DNA from: Fibrobacteria bacterium
GTDB taxonomy: Bacteria; Fibrobacterota; Chitinivibrionia; Chitinivibrionales; FEN-1185
Reading direction: 5' to 3'
Assembly (NCBI GenBank): GCA_037447435.1
Contig: JBBIGR010000011.1
Location: forward strand, 45,002-109,001
Length of the DNA stretch: 64,000 nucleotides
How positions within the stretch are numbered: the first letter of the stretch is position 1; every line of letters begins with the position of its first letter. Below, in pieces: positions 30,224 to 40,032 of the stretch. Under the pieces are notes generated by a model. The model was not told the DNA's origin. It ran no database searches and saw only the letters and a list, made by a program, of their open reading frames with translations. Position numbers and translations under genes: made by a program.

Positions 30224-30667
30224 TTACTTTAATCTATCTTCTGTAATTCCTTTTAAACCAATGTAATAAGCTATAGCAATCGATAATGAACCTGTTAAAA
30301 AGTCAATAGGGCCGATAATTGCTTTTAATAAAATTATAATCATTGAAAAATTTGTTTTTAAAATAAGTGAAAGAATTGTAATTCCTTTCAGGTTTGAAAA
30401 TATAATGGCAGCGGTACAATAGTTTCCCAATAGCCATAGAAATAGTGCGCAACACCCTGCAAAATAACCAAATCTAACGGAATTACCTTTTCCGAAAATC
30501 CGCATGCTATACCCAATTGCAATTCCCGACGGTATTGCCATCCAGCCGATTTTCAATCCGGAAAGCCGGACGCATAACACCCATACTAATAGACAAATAG
30601 CTGAGGAGATCAATGTCGCAATCAATCCGCAAGTCAAGGATTCTTTCTTAGGGGCAATTTTATCCAT
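30224..30667 (-). CDS. Hypothetical membrane protein
   Basis: About four TM segments; start uncertain (30667 or 30718). Confidence 0.6.
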   Translation of the reverse strand: MDKIAPKKESLTCGLIATLISSAICLLVWVLCVRLSGLKIGWMAIPSGIAIGYSMRIFGKGNSVRFGYFAGCCALFLWLLGNYCTAAIIFSNLKGITILSLILKTNFSMIIILLKAIIGPIDFLTGSLSIAIAYYIGLKGITEDRLK

Positions 30668-30776
30668 TTGTATTTGCCTTTTAAATATTTCGTATTTTTC
30701 AAAATTTATTAATGCCAAAAGGAATGATCTTTACAAAATAAAATAGATGTTTGAGCTAAGAATGTCAATGGCAAAG

Positions 30777-30903
30777 GGCAATAAATTCCCTTCGGCTGGT
30801 AAAAAATTCAGCAATAAAGGGTGAGGCTCGGAAATACAATAAACTGTAACTATTACAATATCAATTACTTAAAACAAGTCAATAAATTGGGCACGAAAAA
30901 TGC
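30777..30903 (+). promoter_or_regulatory. sigma54 promoter with IHF site and tandem upstream activator boxes (flgF operon)
   Basis: GGGCACG-N4-ATGC at 30889-30903; TATCAA-N4-TTA at 30859-30871; GGYAAWAAATTC boxes at 30777 and 30798. Confidence 0.75.
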
Positions 30904-30939
30904 TTATAATATAGACGTAAAAATAAAAAGGGAGGAACA

Positions 30940-31674
30940 ATGATCCAGGGAATATACCTTGCATCAATGGGCATGACGCCGCTAATCGATAAACAAGATC
31001 AAATCGCTAATAATCTTGCCAATATTCAAACAACAGGTTTTAAACAAAGCGGTTCATTTTTAAAAGCCTACGAGAAATACCTTAACAACGACCAAAAACA
31101 ACCGTTTGCAAATGCTGAAATAAAGACCGATCAAACATATATCGATTATTCTCCCGGAACAATGCAAAAAACCGATTCTCCATTGGATGTTTATATTCAA
31201 GGAAACGGATTTCTCACCATGATGACCGCCAGCGGAATACGATATTCTCGAAACGGTAATTTATCGATCGATTCCGACGGCTTTATCGTATCTGGAGATG
31301 GTGCTAAAGTGATGGGCACCCAAGGCTATATAAAAATCGATAAAAAGCTCCCTATTCAAATTTCCGAAACAGGCGAAATCTTACAAAATGGAAGTAGTTT
31401 AGGAAAACTTCGAATTGCCGATTTTAAAAAGCCGTATCAAATGTTACGTGAAGGAAACGGATATATGAGACCATCTTCAATTGAAGGCACAGTGGGTGAG
31501 GCGTCAAATTATTCCATTAAGCAAGGATTCTTGGAAGCATCCAATGTAAATGTCGTGCAAAATATGGTTAACATGATAGCGACGTATAGAAATTACGAAG
31601 CCGATCAAAAAGCAGTGAACGCTCAAGACGAAACACTTGAAAAGGCTGTAGATCAAGTTGGAAAAGTAGGGTAG
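30940..31674 (+). CDS. flgF: Flagellar basal-body rod protein FlgF
   Basis: ANNLAN.QTTGFK, YSRNG, LEASNVN; precedes flgG. Confidence 0.88.
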   Translation: MIQGIYLASMGMTPLIDKQDQIANNLANIQTTGFKQSGSFLKAYEKYLNNDQKQPFANAEIKTDQTYIDYSPGTMQKTDSPLDVYIQGNGFLTMMTASGIRYSRNGNLSIDSDGFIVSGDGAKVMGTQGYIKIDKKLPIQISETGEILQNGSSLGKLRIADFKKPYQMLREGNGYMRPSSIEGTVGEASNYSIKQGFLEASNVNVVQNMVNMIATYRNYEADQKAVNAQDETLEKAVDQVGKVG

Positions 31675-31722
31675 CAAACGTTCTTTCGAATGTGATTTTG
31701 CATTAATAAAAGGGGAAAGATC

Positions 31723-32514
31723 ATGGTACGTAGTTTGTATACTGCAGCAACCGGAATGCAGGCGCAACAATTGTTCATGGATACGATTTCTCACAATCTG
31801 TCCAATGTCAACACTACCGGATTTAAAAGATCAAAAGTCGAATTTCAGGATCTTATGTATCAAACGCTCAAAGAACCCGGAGTAAAAAATCAAGAGGGTG
31901 AAATGGCGCCGGTAGGAATTGAAGTTGGACTAGGAGTAAAGTCCGGATCCACGCAGAAATTGTTTGAACAAGGTTCTTTGAATCAAACAGGAAATTCTCT
32001 CGATGTAGCTATACAAGGAAACGGATTCTTTCAAATAACAATGCCCGATGGAACAATTGCCTATTCGCGTGACGGTTCTTTTAAAAAGACGGCTGATGGC
32101 ACAATCGTTACGTCCGACGGTTATCCCGTTTCTCCTCAAATTAATATTCCTCAAGGTGCCGACCAGCTTGGAATCGATTCTGCAACAGGAAAAATAACGG
32201 TTATAATGCCGGGTCAAACAACTTCAACAGAACTCGGGCAAATGGAACTTGCAAGGTTTGTAAATCCTGCAGGATTAAAATCAATAGGCGATAATCTGTA
32301 TACCGAAACCGAAGCTTCCGGGCAACCAATTATTGGGGCACCTTCAGAAGAAGGTATGGGTACATTGTCTCAAGGATATTTGGAATCCTCAAACGTTCAA
32401 ATTGTTGACGAAATGGTAAATATGATTTCGGCTCAACGGGCATATGAAATTGTATCAAAGTCAATCCAAGTCTCGGACGAAATGATGCAAATAGCAAACA
32501 GCTTGAAGAGATAA
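31723..32514 (+). CDS. flgG: Flagellar distal rod protein FlgG
   Basis: SLYTAATGM.AQQ, NTTGFK, FQDLMYQ, YSRDGSF, AQRAYE. Confidence 0.96.
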   Translation: MVRSLYTAATGMQAQQLFMDTISHNLSNVNTTGFKRSKVEFQDLMYQTLKEPGVKNQEGEMAPVGIEVGLGVKSGSTQKLFEQGSLNQTGNSLDVAIQGNGFFQITMPDGTIAYSRDGSFKKTADGTIVTSDGYPVSPQINIPQGADQLGIDSATGKITVIMPGQTTSTELGQMELARFVNPAGLKSIGDNLYTETEASGQPIIGAPSEEGMGTLSQGYLESSNVQIVDEMVNMISAQRAYEIVSKSIQVSDEMMQIANSLKR

Positions 32515-32518
32515 CGAT

Positions 32519-33499
32519 ATGGCCCTGCGTAATCAAACACTTATAGGGATATGTCATTTTGTAGTTTTGTTGGGAATCAACGGCTACGCTCATTTTTCTA
32601 TTTCATTCAAAGATTCAGCCATTGTAAATGATACCTGCATCAGATTAAGCGATGTTGCCATTGTAACCTCGGACTGCAGTCCAAATGAAACACGGGATTT
32701 TATTTCAAAAATAGTCGGCGAATCAGCGCCGGCTGGATATTGCAGAAAGGTAAATAGTGACGACATTATTTCTTATGTTTTAAAAAAGGACTTTCCAAAT
32801 TATACTGTTGTTTCAAAACATAAATCCATAAAAGTTTCTACATTTTCGGTGGACAAAAAAGTCGGTGATTATAAAGAAAAGATTATTGGCTTTTTAACGG
32901 ATTCTATTTCATGGAATGCTCAAGATTATAAAGTGGAAATCCGCAATGAAAACGAAAAATGGAAATGTTTAAACACCCCGGTTTCCGTTCAAATTACCGG
33001 ATTGTCGAATCGGTATCCCAAAGGAAATTTGAACCTTAAACTCCTTGCAAAGCAAAACTCGAAAATTTATACAATTCCGGTAACCTGTTTTATTACCGTC
33101 AATGCATCGGTAGTAGTCGCGAAAAGACCCATTTTACGGGGTGAGGCGATAAATTCCGATAATTGCAGCATCGAACGACGAGATATAACTCGATTTGGAT
33201 ATGAACCTTTTTCAAATAATGCAATTTTAAAGGACATGATTGCTTCTCGAACAATTCCTAAGGATGCAATTCTTTACGATAAATATTTAACCAAATTACC
33301 GATTGTTGCAAAAGACGATCAGGTTTTTGTTATCGTTGATCGAGGTGTTGTAAAAGTGTCCATTATTATGCGTGCCCGCGAGCAGGGTGCAATGGGAGAC
33401 AGAATCTGGGTAGAAAACGAAAATACGCATAAACTTATAAAGACTAAAATAATCGGCAAAGGTACTGTCGAACTTCTTCAAGGAGGAAAAGTAATATGA
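32519..33499 (+). CDS. flgA: P-ring assembly chaperone FlgA
   Basis: Signal peptide, SAF-like VVAKRPI.RGE, G..GD.I.V.N..T.K; position between flgG and flgH. Confidence 0.85.
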   Translation: MALRNQTLIGICHFVVLLGINGYAHFSISFKDSAIVNDTCIRLSDVAIVTSDCSPNETRDFISKIVGESAPAGYCRKVNSDDIISYVLKKDFPNYTVVSKHKSIKVSTFSVDKKVGDYKEKIIGFLTDSISWNAQDYKVEIRNENEKWKCLNTPVSVQITGLSNRYPKGNLNLKLLAKQNSKIYTIPVTCFITVNASVVVAKRPILRGEAINSDNCSIERRDITRFGYEPFSNNAILKDMIASRTIPKDAILYDKYLTKLPIVAKDDQVFVIVDRGVVKVSIIMRAREQGAMGDRIWVENENTHKLIKTKIIGKGTVELLQGGKVI

Positions 33500-34068
33500 G
33501 AAAAATTACTATTTCAAAAATTATTATTACATTTTTGTCAATATTTTCCATTGGTCATGCAGCTTCCATTTTTAGCTTGTACAATGATAAAAAAGCTTTA
33601 AGTACTGATGATATCATGACCGTGGTGATAACCGAATCAGCCAAAGCGGGGAGTCAGAGCGGGACAAATACCAGCAAGCAGAATGATTTGGGGGTTCAAA
33701 GCGCCGGCGGGTCCGGATTGCTCAGATTTATTCCCAGTTTTGGTGCCTCAGCAGGTAATAAAATCGGGTATGATGGAAAAGCCGGTACATCGCGTGAAGG
33801 AAGTTTGGATGCAAAAATATCTGCCAGAGTTACAAAAGTTCTTGATAATGGAAATCTGGTTATTGAAGGAAGCAAAGTCGTTGAAATTAACGATGAGAAG
33901 GAAATTATTAAAGTAAGCGGAGTTGTCAGACCTCAAGATATCGAATCCAATAATGTGATTTACTCCTATAATATTGCGGATGCTCAAATAACGTATTCGG
34001 GAAAAGGGACGGTTCATACCGGCGAAAGGCCCGGTTTAATAGCAAGATTTTTTAATTGGATTTTTTAA
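33496..34068 (+). CDS. flgH: Flagellar L-ring protein FlgH
   Basis: ISARV..VL.NGNL.IEG, SGVVRPQDI, IADAQITY.G.G. Confidence 0.92.
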   Translation: MRKITISKIIITFLSIFSIGHAASIFSLYNDKKALSTDDIMTVVITESAKAGSQSGTNTSKQNDLGVQSAGGSGLLRFIPSFGASAGNKIGYDGKAGTSREGSLDAKISARVTKVLDNGNLVIEGSKVVEINDEKEIIKVSGVVRPQDIESNNVIYSYNIADAQITYSGKGTVHTGERPGLIARFFNWIF

Positions 34069-34117
34069 CTCCGTATCTCTTGTCAATTTGCTAAAAAAAT
34101 CTCACAAGGATGGCAAC

Positions 34118-35269
34118 ATGAATAAATGGATTAGTAGAATTAAAATTTTTTGCATTTTCATAGCTTTGATGCCGACATCATTTCTGGTTTTTGGGCAGGA
34201 TAGTGGTGTAAGAATTAAAGATGTTGCCGCCATAAGCGGTCTTGAAGATATACAAATTTACGGGTACGGACTTGTTGTAGGCTTAGACGGCACCGGAGAT
34301 AGATATCAGACGTTGTTTACCAATCAGACTATTCGAAACATGTTGAAAAATCTCGGAATCGAATTGCCCAACCAGCAAATGTGGGTTCGAAATGTCGCAG
34401 CAGTTATGGTTACCTCGAATTTAAAACCCTTTAAACGAAAAGGGACTCGTTTCGACGCGACAGTTTCATCGATTGGTGATGCCACAAGTTTAGAAGGCGG
34501 AACATTGCTTTTAACGCCGTTACAGGGCAACGATGGTCACGTATATGCGTCAGTGCAAGGACCTTTGGCGACCGGCGGATACGATGCAAAATATAAAGGT
34601 GCTTCTTATATTAAAAAGAATCATGTTCTTGTCGGAAGGATTCCAGACGGTGCTATTGTTCAAAAGGAATATGTGTTTAATGTTCTCGACGGGCGAGATA
34701 TTTCGCTATCTTTGACATCCCCGGATTTTACTTCTTCAGTTTCAATGGCAAATGCAATAAACTATGCATTTAAAAACTCAACTGTGCCGGTTGCAAAAGC
34801 TATTGATGCCGCAACAGTAAAATTAAACTTTGATGCAGTTGCGAGAGATTCAATTCGAAATTATCTAGGCCTTATGGAATTTATTTCAAAAATAGAAAAT
34901 GTAACTTTTGCCGTATCAAGTCAGGCTAGAGTGGTTGTAAATGAACGAACAGGGACTATTGTGGCTGGTGGAGATGTGAGAATTTCAGAAGTTGCAGTAA
35001 CTCATGGCGGAGTTAAAGTCGAAGTGATAAATTCTCCGGAAGTTGTTCAACCTTTACCATTGACTCAAGGTCAAACAACGGTTATTCCCAATCCAGCGGT
35101 CACTGTAGAAGAAAAAAATCCGGAAATGGTTGTATTAAAAGGAACTACGACAGTTTCAGACTTGGCGCAAACATTGAATTCCTTAGGCGTAAGCCCTCGT
35201 GACGTGATTTCAATTTTTCAAGCAATTAAAGAAGCAGGGGCGTTACAGGGACAACTTGTTATAATGTAA
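34118..35269 (+). CDS. flgI: Flagellar P-ring protein FlgI
   Basis: RIKD, GYGLVVGL.GTGD, NVAAVMVT, SIGDATSLEGG.L, NERTGTIV. Confidence 0.96.
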   Translation: MNKWISRIKIFCIFIALMPTSFLVFGQDSGVRIKDVAAISGLEDIQIYGYGLVVGLDGTGDRYQTLFTNQTIRNMLKNLGIELPNQQMWVRNVAAVMVTSNLKPFKRKGTRFDATVSSIGDATSLEGGTLLLTPLQGNDGHVYASVQGPLATGGYDAKYKGASYIKKNHVLVGRIPDGAIVQKEYVFNVLDGRDISLSLTSPDFTSSVSMANAINYAFKNSTVPVAKAIDAATVKLNFDAVARDSIRNYLGLMEFISKIENVTFAVSSQARVVVNERTGTIVAGGDVRISEVAVTHGGVKVEVINSPEVVQPLPLTQGQTTVIPNPAVTVEEKNPEMVVLKGTTTVSDLAQTLNSLGVSPRDVISIFQAIKEAGALQGQLVIM

Positions 35270-35312
35270 CGTGTTGCAATAATAGTTTAATGTTGCTAAT
35301 CAATATGATTTG

Positions 35313-36920
35313 TCATGATAAATAAATTGGACTTGTTGCTGCAAATGAAGATGATCCGTCATTTTTTCGGCAGGTCAATTCTGCTCGCAGGTACCCTTTC
35401 TCCAGGATGTTAGTAATAGGAATGGTTTCATTTTTTTCGAATTCATTATTTGAATAATTGGTATTATAAAACAGTACTTCTTTTTTTTCTGAATATTTTC
35501 CCAAAAAGAGTTTTAAATTATCTAGGCCCCCAAATTCATAATTGCTTTTAATAATAGCAGTTATTGAATTTGTACCTAAACGTATTGAGTTGCAATAGGT
35601 TCCTGTATTGCTCAAAGTGTCGAATTGGCTTAATTGCAAGTAAGGTCCTGAAGTTACAAACGTTGCGCCGTCTTTTATAGCTTTTGCTATATCATTTACA
35701 GATAAATTTTTACCATAAATACCGGTTTTGGCAAAACCTAAAAACCTCTCAAAATCCTCGGCAATTGAAATAAATGGCATGGAAATATACCTGTATCTAT
35801 TAAAATCGCCATGAGAATCATTTCCTGCAACCAAAGATATTTTTCTTCCTTTTAGTAATTCATTGATCCACAAAGCTTTAGAAATATTCCATGATTTTTT
35901 AAAACCATTATTTACCGCTTGAACCGCATCAATGTCCTGCATCATATCGGGCAGTTGCCAACTTCCGCGTTTAAGTAAAAGCCTTTGTAGAACTCCGAAT
36001 CTTGATCCTGGATGCGCTGCGATTGCCACACCGCCTTGACTATGAATGTTTTGAATTGCGTCTTTCAAATTAAACGTACCAAGCTTATTCTTTCTTGCCC
36101 CATCGATGCATCCGGCAATATAATTGCGGATATTTAATGCACATAAGTGGATAGAACGATTCTCAGAATTAATGCATGAGATTTCTTCTCCAAGAATTAA
36201 AATCTTTTTTAATTCTTGTTTAGAATCATTTAGAAAAGCAATCCATCTGCTTAAGGTAGCATCGGATTTTAAAAAATCATCAAGTCGACATGCTAAATCG
36301 TATGAATGATCGGTAATTGAGTAAAAATCCAGACCCGAACTATCGATCATAGTGTCTATAATGTTTATCGGCGGTCCAAATTCAATATGGCTTTCTGAAT
36401 ATTGAGAATGAATATGAATATCGCCAAATAAACAAGAATTGGATCCGGGCAATTTAAATTCGGAAAGCAAACAAGTGAAGGGCATTTTTGACGTTGCAAA
36501 CAAATTGTCATTTAAAACGTCCCAGCAACGATTGCGATTGCTGACCGTCGCTTTGCAATTAATGTAAGAAACACCGCTTTCCAATGATTTTCTATCAATT
36601 GAGAATAAATAAATATCCGATTTATTTTTCAATGAGTGTTCAACTTTATATTGTTCTGGATCGTTAAAAATAAACGGTACGGGCTTTTTTCCTTTTTGAG
36701 AGATCGCTATTGAAACGTTTTCAATTTTTATTGGAAAGCGGTTGATATCATTACAGATTAGCATAATTGGCAAATTCTTGTCAGGATCGATCCGGCGAGG
36801 CAAATCAAATAAAATTTCAGGTTCTTTTCGAAATAATAAACTTGGAAGTAGTTTGAAAAACTTAAAATGAGTTTCTGCATAAAGCAGTACAGCAGGAATT
36901 TGAAGCGAAGGAAATAGCAT
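35313..36920 (-). CDS. PHP-domain (CehA/McbA-like) metallohydrolase
   Basis: GDIHIHS, TDHSYD, GEEIS, AAHP, AGNDSHG, TSGP. Confidence 0.8.
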   Translation of the reverse strand: MLFPSLQIPAVLLYAETHFKFFKLLPSLLFRKEPEILFDLPRRIDPDKNLPIMLICNDINRFPIKIENVSIAISQKGKKPVPFIFNDPEQYKVEHSLKNKSDIYLFSIDRKSLESGVSYINCKATVSNRNRCWDVLNDNLFATSKMPFTCLLSEFKLPGSNSCLFGDIHIHSQYSESHIEFGPPINIIDTMIDSSGLDFYSITDHSYDLACRLDDFLKSDATLSRWIAFLNDSKQELKKILILGEEISCINSENRSIHLCALNIRNYIAGCIDGARKNKLGTFNLKDAIQNIHSQGGVAIAAHPGSRFGVLQRLLLKRGSWQLPDMMQDIDAVQAVNNGFKKSWNISKALWINELLKGRKISLVAGNDSHGDFNRYRYISMPFISIAEDFERFLGFAKTGIYGKNLSVNDIAKAIKDGATFVTSGPYLQLSQFDTLSNTGTYCNSIRLGTNSITAIIKSNYEFGGLDNLKLFLGKYSEKKEVLFYNTNYSNNEFEKNETIPITNILEKGYLRAELTCRKNDGSSSFAATSPIYLS

Positions 36921-36966
36921 ATGGTATTTTAATATAGCATTTTATTTTTACGCAGAATGTGATATT

Positions 36967-38007
36967 ATGAAAACCGATGATTTTGATTATTTTCTTCCAG
37001 CCGAATTAATTGCACAATATCCAATTGCAAACAGGGCAGACTGCAGGCTATTGAATCTCGATAAGACGAATGGCAATATAACCGATTGTTTATTCAGCGA
37101 ATTAGAACGATTACTTAAACCAGGGGATTGCTTGGTTTTCAATGATACGAAGGTAATGCCCTATAGACTATTCTGTAAAAAGGAATCCGGAGGAGTAGTT
37201 GAACTTTTGCTCACCGAAGAAATGGAAGACGGCTCATTTAAAGCCTTGGTAAAGTCTTCAAAAAAAATAAACATAGGGAGCCGGCTTGAACTTACCGCTG
37301 ATTCCACATTAAAGTTTGAGATTACCGGAATTTTAAGCGATGGTGCACGGCAAGTTATATTGTGTAAAAACCCCTTATTTATTTCACTTATCGAAGTCGC
37401 AAGAAAATATGGCTCAGTAGCATTACCTCATTATATTAAACGGCCGGTTCTTGATTCGGACAACGAAACGTATCAAACAATCTATGCTAAGAACGAAGGA
37501 GCAATTGCCGCGCCGACCGCTGGATTACATTTCACTGAAGAAGTGTTCAATCGCCTTTCAAATGCGGGAGTAAGATTTGCGTTTATTACTTTGCATGTCG
37601 GTATTGGAACCTTTCGACCTGTCAAAGTTGCTGATCCGCGAATGCATCATATGCATGAAGAACGGTTCATAATTAACAATGAAGCTGCAAAGGTGATTAA
37701 CGATGCAATCTTCAATAAAGGAAGAATTATCGCCGTTGGGACTACGGTTATCCGTACTTTGGAACACTGTGTCCAAGAATACGGCAAAATCATTGCCGCA
37801 ACCGGAAAAACCGATATGATGATTTTACCCGGGCACAAATTCGGTATTGTAAACGGAATAATAACGAATTTTCACGTTCCGCGCTCAACTTTACTTATGC
37901 TTATATCGGCATTCGCAGGGCGAGAAAATGTTTTAAAAGCGTATTCGCATGCGGTTGAAAAAAAATACCGGTTTTTCAGTTACGGAGATGCAATGGCTAT
38001 TTTATAA
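36967..38007 (+). CDS. queA: S-adenosylmethionine:tRNA ribosyltransferase-isomerase
   Basis: LIAQYP, NDTKV, YQTIYA, AAPTAGLHF, LHVGIGTF, TNFH, YRFFSYGDAM. Confidence 0.97.
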   Translation: MKTDDFDYFLPAELIAQYPIANRADCRLLNLDKTNGNITDCLFSELERLLKPGDCLVFNDTKVMPYRLFCKKESGGVVELLLTEEMEDGSFKALVKSSKKINIGSRLELTADSTLKFEITGILSDGARQVILCKNPLFISLIEVARKYGSVALPHYIKRPVLDSDNETYQTIYAKNEGAIAAPTAGLHFTEEVFNRLSNAGVRFAFITLHVGIGTFRPVKVADPRMHHMHEERFIINNEAAKVINDAIFNKGRIIAVGTTVIRTLEHCVQEYGKIIAATGKTDMMILPGHKFGIVNGIITNFHVPRSTLLMLISAFAGRENVLKAYSHAVEKKYRFFSYGDAMAIL

Positions 38008-38027
38008 TAAAAAAAGTGTTCTTGGTG

Positions 38028-38056
38028 TTGACAAGGATTTTGCCGCTACTTATCTT
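38028..38056 (+). promoter_or_regulatory. sigma70-type promoter
   Basis: TTGACA-17 nt-TATCTT. Confidence 0.65.
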
Positions 38057-38075
38057 ATTATAAATTCATGTAGAA

Positions 38076-38115
38076 AAGCCCGTATGTTTTTTCAATCATA
38101 CGGGCTTCATTTTTT
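38076..38115 (+). terminator. Terminator-like hairpin
   Basis: AAGCCCGTATG/CATACGGGCTT 11-bp stem followed by CATTTTTT. Confidence 0.6.
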
Positions 38116-38140
38116 AGTCCACTGAAACAAGGAAAAAATC

Positions 38141-38788
38141 ATGAGCACGGGAATTATGAAAAAGTCCCCAGACAGCATAACATGGCAGGATTATCGCGCA
38201 ACAACAATCGGCATGGTTGTTGTTTATTCTTCCGACCCTGTTTCTGAAATGGCCATACGCGAAATCCCGGAGGAATTAGAATCGTCCGTAACTCCGGAAC
38301 CCAATTATGAAACAGGAACCTATGGGTTTTACGGTTGCGAGAAAACCAAAATCAGGGCGGCATTTGCAAAAAGCAAAGTCCGCTATCTGTTTTTCCTCAC
38401 AAAATATGCCGGAACGAAAGAAGAATTTAAAGATAAAGTCTTATTAACCGGATATTACCGTATTGCAAAGACCGCCGATGTGCAAAAGCTTCATTTAAGA
38501 TATCTTGATGATTGCTCCTGTATTGATGCAACATCGTGCATTGCTTTTAAAGCCGATGAAGTTTGTTTCGTTTCTTTGGCAGATGCCTTTGTCGTTGATG
38601 AAGCCCAATTAAAAGCTTGGGGATATAATGCAAAAGTTTCAAAACAACTTCGCATTATTTTGACTCCCGAACAAACAGCGCAGATATTAGACCATTTGAA
38701 ATCAAAGAAAAATGAAGTTGAAGCCTATATTGCTGAAACGAAACGTCTTTCTCCGGATGAAGATGAAAATGAAGAAGAAGCTGAATAA
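38141..38788 (+). CDS. Hypothetical protein (215 aa)
   Basis: Clean ORF with AAGGA RBS, own promoter and terminator; EPNYETGTYG...C motif; acidic tail. Confidence 0.8.
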   Translation: MSTGIMKKSPDSITWQDYRATTIGMVVVYSSDPVSEMAIREIPEELESSVTPEPNYETGTYGFYGCEKTKIRAAFAKSKVRYLFFLTKYAGTKEEFKDKVLLTGYYRIAKTADVQKLHLRYLDDCSCIDATSCIAFKADEVCFVSLADAFVVDEAQLKAWGYNAKVSKQLRIILTPEQTAQILDHLKSKKNEVEAYIAETKRLSPDEDENEEEAE

Positions 38789-38828
38789 ATCGATATAAAG
38801 CTTGCATTTAAATTAAATTTGCTATTTC

Positions 38829-38857
38829 AAAACGGGCACCATGCCCGTTTTTATTTT
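38829..38857 (+). terminator. Intrinsic terminator
   Basis: AAAACGGGCA-cca-TGCCCGTTTT followed by T-rich sequence. Confidence 0.7.
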
Positions 38858-38921
38858 AATCAAAGCTAAAACTAGTAGTTGCAAGCATCGGATTACTTTG
38901 AATACCTTGGATTTGTGCAAT

Positions 38922-39989
38922 ATGGATTTAATAAAGCGACTCATAACCAATAGAATCAATAAAGCTATCCACGATCAGATTTTTCCCGGATGTGTTCTGG
39001 GATATATTATTCCCGATCGGGATCCGGTGTATATTTCTTTTGGCCGTCATACCTATGATTGTGATTCAAATAAAATTCATAATGATTCGGTGTTTGATGT
39101 TGCCTCAATTACTAAAACTATTCCGACATCCTCTTTAGCGATTATGTTGATTGAGAGGGGATTGCTCAATCTTGAAAAAAAAGTTGTGGATATTATACCG
39201 GAATTAAAAAATCCGCAAAAAGAAAAATTGCTTATTAAACATTTGCTCACGCAAACGCTGGATTTCAATTTCAGACTTTCTGCATTCAAAGAGAGTGGGG
39301 CGGATGGAATTTTAAATGCAATTTTTGCAGCGGATTTTTCCAAAGATCCCGGTACATCTTATTTTTATTCAAATGCGACAAGTATTTTGCTCGGCATTGT
39401 AATAGAAAGAATTTCAAATAAAAAATTAAATGATTTTGCTCAAAAAGAATTGTTTGGACCATTAAAAATGGATAAAACCTCTTTTTTTCCCGAATCATTG
39501 AATAAATACGACATTGTTCCAACAGAATTTGACCCTTGGCGAAACAGACTGATTCAGGGAGAAATTCATGATGAAAGTGCCTGGGTTTTGAGAAAAAAAA
39601 TGATTGCCGGATCAGCCGGGCTTTTTTCTACAGCACCGGACATTATGAAATTTTTACAGATGATTCTAAATGATGGCTTTTTTATGGGCAAAAGATATTT
39701 TTCAAAAAATACAATTCAACAAATGCATACGAATCAAATTGAGCATTTAGGGTTATCGGCCGGACTTGGATGGGAATTGAATCAAAATAAATATATGGGA
39801 AAAATGGGAACCGTTCATACCATAGGAAAAACGGGTTTTACCGGCTGCGTGTGCGTTTGTGATATCGTTTTGCAAAAAGCATTTGTGCTATTGTCGAATT
39901 TTACCTATCCGTCTCGAAAAGATGTATCATTAATCAATTGCGTTCGCTCCGACATTGCAGATATAATTTTGGGAACTGAAACTGAATAA
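38922..39989 (+). CDS. Serine hydrolase, beta-lactamase class C/AmpC-like family
   Basis: FDVASITK (SxxK), YSN, GEIHDE.A, AGLFS, GKTGFTG. Confidence 0.9.
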   Translation: MDLIKRLITNRINKAIHDQIFPGCVLGYIIPDRDPVYISFGRHTYDCDSNKIHNDSVFDVASITKTIPTSSLAIMLIERGLLNLEKKVVDIIPELKNPQKEKLLIKHLLTQTLDFNFRLSAFKESGADGILNAIFAADFSKDPGTSYFYSNATSILLGIVIERISNKKLNDFAQKELFGPLKMDKTSFFPESLNKYDIVPTEFDPWRNRLIQGEIHDESAWVLRKKMIAGSAGLFSTAPDIMKFLQMILNDGFFMGKRYFSKNTIQQMHTNQIEHLGLSAGLGWELNQNKYMGKMGTVHTIGKTGFTGCVCVCDIVLQKAFVLLSNFTYPSRKDVSLINCVRSDIADIILGTETE

Positions 39990-40032
39990 TCCTTATAAAA
40001 ATATTATCCGGATTTAAAGGAGAATTAATCTC

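Noticed and set aside
38841..38921. Longer N-terminus of the serine hydrolase in the ORF track
   Set aside because: That ATG lies within a terminator hairpin; 38922 is more plausible.
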